DNA of 14,381 nucleotides from a bacterium (GTDB lineage Bacteria > Eisenbacteria > RBG-16-71-46), in the NCBI GenBank assembly GCA_043779265.1, contig JAYWEM010000019.1, positions 1 through 14,381 of the forward strand. Direction: 5' to 3'. Numbering within the stretch: position 1 is the first letter of the stretch; each line of letters begins with the position of its first letter. The notes under the pieces were generated by a model that did not search any database, was not told the origin of the DNA, and worked only from the letters and a program-made list of their open reading frames with translations. The translations under genes and the position numbers were made by a program. This document shows, one piece after another, positions 7,075 to 14,381 of the stretch.

Positions 7075-7649
7075 TCGATTCGCTCCTGACCGGCACGTCG
7101 TGGTGGGATCTGCTACTCGCGGTCCTGGCGCTGACGTTCATGATTCGCGGGATCCTGCGCGGCTTCGTCGCGCAGGTTCTCGCGTTTCTGGGCCTTTTGG
7201 CCGGCCTTCTCGTCGGCACACTGGTGCTGCGATGGGTGGGTACCCAATGGCTCGATGCCCGTCCCGCAGTCGTATTCATGGTCCTGCGCTGGATCGTCGC
7301 GCTCTTCGCCGGGCTCGCCGTGGCTTCGCTGTTCGATTGGATCGGTGAGCGCATGGGATCGAGCAGTGGACCCCAGGGGCCACCGCTGTGGGACCGGGCG
7401 CTCGGTGCGGTCATGGGCGTCGGGCTCGGGTTGATCGCCGCTTCCATCGTGACGCTGTCGGTGTTCTCGTTCTCATGGCTCTCGCCGGCACGTTCGGCTG
7501 CCGTCACCGGTCGGTCGGCGGCTCCGCTGATGAGTGGGGCGAGTTGGGTTCTGCGCCAGGGTCAGATGGATTGGGCTCCGGTCGCGAGGTGGCGATCGGC
7601 GTTCGAGCGCGCTGCGCGTGAATCCCGGACCAGTCGCGCGCATCGATGA
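7071..7649 (+). CDS. cvpA: CvpA (colicin V production) family membrane protein; probable non-canonical start (CTG 7071 or ATC 7074)
   Basis: [26 protein letters not shown] and [14 protein letters not shown] match the CvpA D...G..RGF and DR.LG..G motifs, with several TM helices. The first helix lies upstream of the first in-frame ATG (7140). AGGAG at 7061-7065. Confidence 0.85.
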   Translation: MIDSLLTGTSWWDLLLAVLALTFMIRGILRGFVAQVLAFLGLLAGLLVGTLVLRWVGTQWLDARPAVVFMVLRWIVALFAGLAVASLFDWIGERMGSSSGPQGPPLWDRALGAVMGVGLGLIAASIVTLSVFSFSWLSPARSAAVTGRSAAPLMSGASWVLRQGQMDWAPVARWRSAFERAARESRTSRAHR

Positions 7650-7680
7650 AGGGGGCCTCCGGCGGCCCCGGAGGGAACAC

Positions 7681-10032
7681 GTGGATTCGCACGCCCTGAT
7701 CGGTCTTGAGTTCGATCGCGTCTGCTCGGCCATCGCCGCGCACGCCGAGAGCGAGCGTGGGACCGAAGCCGTGCGGAGCGCCCGTCCGATCCGCGATTCC
7801 GCGACTCGTGCCCGAGCGCATGCACGTCTCGAGGAGGCCATCCGGCGTCAGCGCGAGCCCGGCTCGTGGCTCACGGTCGCGGGCGGTTCGCTCGAGCCGC
7901 GCCTCGATCCGCAGGCCCACGACGGCCTCGATGGCGAGGGACTGACCGAAGTGCGGCGATGGCTGGATGCGGCACAGTCGACTCACGTGGCGTGGGAGGA
8001 CACGGACTCGCGCTCGCGCCACCCGCATCTCGCCCAGTTGGTCGACGAGTGCCCGCGGCTTGAACCGCTACGCCTGGCTCTGACACGCGCGCTCGACGAG
8101 GAGGGTGCGGTGCGCGACTCGGCGAGCCCGGCGCTCGCCAAGGCGAGGCGCGGAGTCGCCGAGGGCGAGCGCCGACTGCACAGCCAACTCGAGCGCTGGG
8201 TGGCGGGATTCGGAGAGGGCAGCTACGTGACGCGGCACGGTGACCGTTTCGTCGCGCTCGTTCCGGCCGCCGGATTCGCGCGCAAGCGCGGGATCGTGCA
8301 CGACACCTCGAACAGCGGACAGTCGCTCTTCGTCGAGCCGATCGAAGCCTGCGAGGCGAACAACCATCTGCTCGAGCTGCGTGCCGCCGCGCAGGCCGAG
8401 GAGCTCCGCATCCTGCGCGAGCTGGCTGAGAGTGTCCGCTCGTCGCGACCGGAGGTCCTCGCCACCGAGGCGACGCTCGCCGAGCTCGATGCCGTGCGCG
8501 CTGCTGCGCGCTGGGCCAACACGTATGGCGGCTTGGCGATCGAGCCGTCGGTGGGGTCGCTCACACTGATCCAGGCCCGGCATCCGCTCCTCGCGATGGG
8601 AGAGCGTCGGGATACGGTGGTGCCGCTCGATCTCCGACTCGAGGACTCCGGCCGACTGCTGCTCGTCTCCGGCCCCAACATGGGCGGCAAGACCGTGCTG
8701 CTCAAGACCGTCGGCCTCTCCATCCTGCTCGCTCATTCCGCGCTCCCGGTGCTCGCAGCCGAGGGCAGTCGCCTGCCGAGGATCGAGGCGGTGTTCGTCG
8801 ATCTCGGCGATGAGCAGTCGGTCGATCAGGGTCTCAGTACATTCGCCGCGCACCTGCGTCACCTGCGCGCGATGGCGGATGCCGCATCGCCCGGGACGCT
8901 GCTCCTCGTGGATGAACTGGGTGCCGGTACCGATCCCGAGGAGGGCGCCGCACTCGGTCGGGCCCTCCTCGAGCACTTCGCGGCGAAGGGCGCCTGGGGC
9001 GTCGTCACGACCCATCTCGGGAGTCTCAAGCGAGCAGCCGGCGAGGTCGACGGGATTGTGAGCGGATCACTCGAGTTCGATCTCGCGACGCTGACCTCCC
9101 GCTACCGATTCCAGGGCGGCATCCCGGGCGCGAGTCATGCACTCGATGTCGCTGGGCAGCTCGGATTCCCCGAAGCCCTCCTGGCACGAGCGCGTGGCCT
9201 GACGTCCGAGGAGACCCGCGCACTCGAGCGCCTGCTCGCCGATCTCGCCGTGGTGAGACGGCAGATCGAAGAGGAGCGCGAGCAACTCGCCGCGGCACTG
9301 TCGCAGGCCAAGTCGGAACGCGATCGCCATCGCGAGGCGACCGAGGACTCCCGCCGCACGCTGGCCGAACTGCGGAACCGCCTCACGTCCGAGAGCCAGG
9401 CGCTACTCGTGCGCTCGCGCGAGCTCTGGCAATCCGTACAACGAGAATCCAAGCGAGCGGACAAGCGCCGTGAACAGGCCCAGCGGCTCGAGGCCGAGTT
9501 GTCACAGGTCGCCGATGAGGCGGACGCGCTCGATCGCAAGGCGGCGCCAGGTGATGCCCCGGCTGCCGAGTCGCTCAAGCAGGTCTCGCCGGGCGATCGC
9601 GTGCGGGTGCTCGATCTGGGGATCGAGGCCGAGGTCGTCGAGGGCCCCGATCCCGATGGACGAGTCCAGTTGCGGCGCGGCAGTTGGCAGATCCGTTCCC
9701 ACCTGCGCAAGCTCGCACCTCCGGAGTCGGGTTCGCCTGCTCGCGCGACTCGCGCGCGTGTGGCGGCACCCGATGCGGCGGAGGAGGCTCCCCGCCTCGA
9801 GGTGGATCTGCGGGGGAAGGAGTCCGATGAGGCGATCCGTGCAGTCGACCACGCGCTGGACCGTGCCGTCTTGACCGGCCTCCATGAACTGCGGGTCATC
9901 CACGGCATCGGCCGAGGCGTGCTCAAAGCCGCGGTCGAGAGGCATCTGCGCGCGCATCCGCAGGTGGAGTCCCAGCGGATGGGCGAGGGCAACGAAGGGG
10001 GCCGGGGCGTGACCGTGGCCAGGCTGCGATGA
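7681..10032 (+). CDS. mutS2: MutS2 (MutS-family ATPase with C-terminal Smr domain; RqcU-type)
   Basis: GTG start with GGAGG (7670-7674). LEFD N-terminus, GIVHDTSNSGQSLFVEP, ARHPLL, Walker A GPNMGGKT, DLGDEQS..QGLSTF, Walker B LVDELGAGTDPEEGAAL, TTH, coiled coil, KOW-like PGDRV and Smr VDLRG...VIHGIGRGVLK. 783 aa. Confidence 0.96.
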   Translation: MDSHALIGLEFDRVCSAIAAHAESERGTEAVRSARPIRDSATRARAHARLEEAIRRQREPGSWLTVAGGSLEPRLDPQAHDGLDGEGLTEVRRWLDAAQSTHVAWEDTDSRSRHPHLAQLVDECPRLEPLRLALTRALDEEGAVRDSASPALAKARRGVAEGERRLHSQLERWVAGFGEGSYVTRHGDRFVALVPAAGFARKRGIVHDTSNSGQSLFVEPIEACEANNHLLELRAAAQAEELRILRELAESVRSSRPEVLATEATLAELDAVRAAARWANTYGGLAIEPSVGSLTLIQARHPLLAMGERRDTVVPLDLRLEDSGRLLLVSGPNMGGKTVLLKTVGLSILLAHSALPVLAAEGSRLPRIEAVFVDLGDEQSVDQGLSTFAAHLRHLRAMADAASPGTLLLVDELGAGTDPEEGAALGRALLEHFAAKGAWGVVTTHLGSLKRAAGEVDGIVSGSLEFDLATLTSRYRFQGGIPGASHALDVAGQLGFPEALLARARGLTSEETRALERLLADLAVVRRQIEEEREQLAAALSQAKSERDRHREATEDSRRTLAELRNRLTSESQALLVRSRELWQSVQRESKRADKRREQAQRLEAELSQVADEADALDRKAAPGDAPAAESLKQVSPGDRVRVLDLGIEAEVVEGPDPDGRVQLRRGSWQIRSHLRKLAPPESGSPARATRARVAAPDAAEEAPRLEVDLRGKESDEAIRAVDHALDRAVLTGLHELRVIHGIGRGVLKAAVERHLRAHPQVESQRMGEGNEGGRGVTVARLR

Positions 10033-11753
10033 GCACGGGACGCATGGCGGACGATTGGGTCGAGTGCGTGCGCGCGGCGAGCGATGTCGTCGAGGTGATC
10101 GGTCAGACGGTCACGCTCAAGCGCGTCGGCCGCAACTGGGTCGGGCTCTGTCCGTTCCACGAGGAACGCACACCGTCGTTCTCCGTCAACGCCGAGCGCC
10201 AGTTCTATCACTGCTTCAGCTGCAAGGTCGGCGGCGACGTGTTCCGATTCATCCAGGAGACCGAGCGAGTCGGCTTCCTCGAGTCGGTCGAGTTGTTGAG
10301 CCACCGTGCGGGGATCGCCGTGCCCGAACGCCGCAACGCCGAGCGCGGCACGCGTGCCCCCCTGCTCGAGGCACTCGAAGCGGCCACGACGGCATACGAG
10401 CAGTGGCTCGCCGATCCCGACTCGGGAGCGGCTGCACGCGCCTATCTCGAGCGGCGCGGAATCACCCGAGAGACGCAGCGCACCTTCCGGCTCGGGTTGG
10501 CTCCACCGGGGTGGGAGAGCCTGGTCCCGAGATTGAAGGGGCGCTTTCGCGACGACGTGCTGCTCGAGGCCCGCCTCGCCGGCCAGCGTGAATCGACGCA
10601 CACGCTGTACGACTGGTTCAGGAATCGGCTCATGGTGCCGCTCATCGCGCCGGGAGGCTCGGTGCTCGGCTTCGGTGCGCGCGCGATGGGAGACGACAAG
10701 CCCAAGTACCTGAACTCCCCGGAATCGACGGTTTATCAGAAGAGCCGTTACCTCTTCGGGCTGGAACAGGCGCGCAAGCACATCAAGCCGGACGGCGAAG
10801 TGATCGTGGTCGAGGGCTACTTCGATGCGATCGCGCTGTCGCAGGCCGGGCTCCAGAACGTGGTCGCGACCTCGGGAACCGCTCTCACCGCGGACCACGC
10901 CCGCCAACTCGCCCGGCTCGCCCGAGGTGTCGCGCTCACGTATGACGGGGATTCTGCAGGCCAAGACGCGATGTTGCGCTCTCTTGGCGTGCTCCTTGCC
11001 GAGGGGCTGGACGTCGTGGTGGTCGATCTACCGGCTGGACAGGACCCTGACACCTTCATCCGTGGAGAAGGTGAGGCGGGATGGTGTAGAGTGCGTGATT
11101 CCTCTTACGATGCTATCGAGTTCGTCCACCGGCACGTGCTTCGGCGCGCAAGCGGGGGAGACCCCCGCGAACGCGCGTTGCAGACGGTCGTGCGACTGGC
11201 GACGGGTGTACCCGACGCCATCCGCCGTCGTCTGCTCGTGGAACGCGCGAGTCAGGTGTTCGGCCTTTCCGAGAACGTGATCGATCGCGCCGTCCATCTG
11301 GCGCGCACGGGACAAGGATCCGAACGCCCCATCGCGGCCGCACTGGGGGAACAGCGTCGTACGCAGGACCAGTTGGAAAGGCGTCTGCTCCAGGCGCTGG
11401 TGTGGGCTCCCGAGGTGCTTGACGAAGCACGCGGTGCGTTCACGCCTCGGGATTTCCGTGACCCGGTTGCGGCGGACCTCGCCGCGGACTGGTGGGAGAA
11501 CGGTGTGGATGTCCCCCTCGGGGAGGGGCCGGCGGTCGCGCTGGCTCGGGAACTCCTCGCGGGAAGCCAGGAAGGTTCAGACCCGGTCGCCGAAGCGAAA
11601 GGCGTCCTCCGGCGCCTCAAGGCGCGCTCCCTCGAGGAGGAACGTCGGGAACTGCAGTCCCAACTCGCCTCGGCGCGCGAAGAGGAATCCAATCGGATCC
11701 TCCAGCGCATCCAGGACATCGCCATCACGCTCCGCCATCTGCAGCAACCGTAA
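10029..11753 (+). CDS. dnaG: DNA primase
   Basis: Zn ribbon [11 protein letters not shown]...[38 protein letters not shown] / YDGDSAG, GQDPD. ATGA overlap with the mutS2 stop. Confidence 0.98.
   Translation: MSTGRMADDWVECVRAASDVVEVIGQTVTLKRVGRNWVGLCPFHEERTPSFSVNAERQFYHCFSCKVGGDVFRFIQETERVGFLESVELLSHRAGIAVPERRNAERGTRAPLLEALEAATTAYEQWLADPDSGAAARAYLERRGITRETQRTFRLGLAPPGWESLVPRLKGRFRDDVLLEARLAGQRESTHTLYDWFRNRLMVPLIAPGGSVLGFGARAMGDDKPKYLNSPESTVYQKSRYLFGLEQARKHIKPDGEVIVVEGYFDAIALSQAGLQNVVATSGTALTADHARQLARLARGVALTYDGDSAGQDAMLRSLGVLLAEGLDVVVVDLPAGQDPDTFIRGEGEAGWCRVRDSSYDAIEFVHRHVLRRASGGDPRERALQTVVRLATGVPDAIRRRLLVERASQVFGLSENVIDRAVHLARTGQGSERPIAAALGEQRRTQDQLERRLLQALVWAPEVLDEARGAFTPRDFRDPVAADLAADWWENGVDVPLGEGPAVALARELLAGSQEGSDPVAEAKGVLRRLKARSLEEERRELQSQLASAREEESNRILQRIQDIAITLRHLQQP
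10984..11000 (+). promoter_or_regulatory. Candidate sigma54 (-24/-12) promoter inside dnaG
   Basis: TTGGCGTGCTCCTTGCC has correct GG-N10-GC spacing and is close to the YTGGCACG-N4-TTGCW consensus. A chance match cannot be excluded. Confidence 0.35.
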
Positions 11754-11769
11754 GGAGTCAGACTCGAGC

Positions 11770-13572
<1,803 letters not shown>

Positions 13573-13584
13573 CCGAAGCGTGAG

Positions 13585-13618
13585 GCCGGTGAGGCGTCTC
13601 TTCAGACGCCTCACCGGC
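13585..13618. terminator. Perfect 15-bp hairpin between convergent genes (terminator-like, no U-tract)
   Basis: GCCGGTGAGGCGTCT-cttc-AGACGCCTCACCGGC, 12 nt from the rpoD stop and 12 nt from the stop of the opposite gene. Confidence 0.75.
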
Positions 13619-13630
13619 GACTCTCCGGGC

Positions 13631-14272
13631 CTACGAACCGCCCGGATCGGAGACGAGCGTGATCGCGGGTAGCGTCGTCGTGTCCCCCGGGGCTCCGGTC
13701 CCGAACCACTGCAGGCCGACGCCGAAGCCGGGACGGACGAGGATCGCGCTGCCGAAGTACTCGGAGGGCCATCCATCCAGCAGCCAATCGCCTGCCGCGT
13801 TGGTGGTCGTGGTGACCGGCAGCCCCTGCGTAAGCACCTGGATGCCCGAGTGGTCCGTCCGTCCCGCCAACCGAGCGATGCCGCGAACGACGACGGCGCG
13901 GCGCAACGTCAGGTCCACGGCGAGGCCGGCCGGGATGTCCTCGACCCGCACTTCGATCTCGGTCGCGACCGCGAGCGTCTCCTTGGCGGCATAGACCGAG
14001 TGCAGGAGCGTGGCGGGGACTCGCGCCGTGAATCGCCCCTGCGCATCGCTCACGCCGAGGACGGCGTGCTCCTCGAGGTGGTCGACGGCGATCGTCACGC
14101 CCGCGAGCGGAGCGTCGAGCGAGTCGTGGACCGAGATGTGGAGGTCGACCTGGGCCACCGGCTGCGGTGCGTTCACCTGCGCCGATGGAGAACAACCTGC
14201 CAGCGCCCCTATCGCCAGCGCCGAGCGCAGGGCGTTCCGACGCAACCAAGTCGATGCAGGCGACGCGAGCAT
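13631..14272 (-). CDS. Hypothetical lipoprotein with two carboxypeptidase-regulatory-like beta-sandwich repeats (213 aa)
   Basis: The ATG at 14272 gives MLASPASTWLRRNALRSALAIGALAGC (basic n-region, h-region, LAG/C lipobox). Repeat-like segments VHDSLDAPLAGVTIAV...SDAQGRFT and VRGIARLAGRTDHSGIQV...TTNAAGDWLLDG. The domain call is by pattern recognition only. Confidence 0.72.
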   Translation of the reverse strand: MLASPASTWLRRNALRSALAIGALAGCSPSAQVNAPQPVAQVDLHISVHDSLDAPLAGVTIAVDHLEEHAVLGVSDAQGRFTARVPATLLHSVYAAKETLAVATEIEVRVEDIPAGLAVDLTLRRAVVVRGIARLAGRTDHSGIQVLTQGLPVTTTTNAAGDWLLDGWPSEYFGSAILVRPGFGVGLQWFGTGAPGDTTTLPAITLVSDPGGS

Positions 14273-14278
14273 GATGCG

Positions 14279-14307
14279 AGTCTGGCACCGGCCGAGGTGC
14301 GAGTCCA
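14279..14307 (-). promoter_or_regulatory. Candidate sigma70 promoter (leaderless) for the lipoprotein gene
   Basis: On the minus strand: TGGACT, 17-bp spacer ending in TGc, CAGACT, then 6 nt to the ATG. No SD is visible. Confidence 0.4.
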
Positions 14308-14381
14308 CACCCTGGACGGCTGCCCGAGCGCTTCGCCATGACCCCTTGCGGAGCCGGGAGCCACTCGGTCGCACCCGAGCG

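Noticed and set aside
7534..7680. N-terminal extension of MutS2
   Set aside because: It overlaps cvpA. GTG 7681 has a GGAGG RBS and gives a typical MutS2 N-terminus.
9135..10964. 609-aa antisense ORF over mutS2/dnaG, and other long minus-strand ORFs (878-1933, 4748-5632, 8068-9015)
   Set aside because: They fully overlap well-supported genes and have R/A/S-rich or mirror-frame composition, as expected from stop-codon scarcity at high GC.
11415..11447. TTGACG within the palindrome GTGCTT-gacg-AAGCAC as an internal rpoD promoter
   Set aside because: There is no acceptable -10 hexamer at 16-18 bp spacing.
11755..11765. Palindrome GAGTCAGACTC between dnaG and rpoD
   Set aside because: Only a 4-bp stem is feasible, too weak to call without conservation data.
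11419..11769. 117-aa N-terminal extension of RpoD in the ORF track
   Set aside because: It lies inside dnaG and reads as an R/S-rich off-frame sequence. The ATG at 11770 has a TAAGGAG RBS.
13573..13630. tRNA gene or integration site after rpoD
   Set aside because: The gap is only 58 bp, with no cloverleaf or T-loop motif and no integrase nearby.
13611..14341. Alternative ORFs 13611-14339 (-) and 13850-14341 (+)
   Set aside because: They are Arg/Pro-rich or mirror-frame translations. The 13631 frame has the signal peptide and domain-like pattern.

Overview
This is a high-GC bacterial core-genome window with no CRISPR array, tRNA/rRNA gene, integrase, transposase or defence gene that I can support. 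It holds one long co-directional (+) run: 'lepA-lepB-hemW-hrcA-grpE-dnaJ-rsmE-rpsU-cvpA-mutS2-dnaG-rpoD. A perfect 15-bp hairpin follows, then a convergent (-) gene for an uncharacterised lipoprotein with two carboxypeptidase-regulatory-like repeats. The order is a condensed join of the Firmicutes-type lepA/hemW/hrcA heat-shock cluster (here without dnaK, prmA, mtaB, yqeY) and the rpsU-dnaG-rpoD macromolecular-synthesis operon. I found no clearly new multi-gene system. The most interesting signals are regulatory or at motif level: (1) cvpA has no canonical start and probably begins at CTG/ATC over the rpsU stop, and the same CTGATCGA junction recurs at lepB/hemW; (2) the rpsU leader has two mutually exclusive anti-SD pairings; (3) hrcA looks leaderless, has a divergent recognition helix and no CIRCE; (4) a sigma54-like site sits in a codon-atypical patch of dnaG upstream of rpoD; (5) RsmE has GPSGG instead of GPEGG; (6) an orphan perfect RBS and 23-codon ORF follow rsmE. 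All counts and pairings were made by eye.
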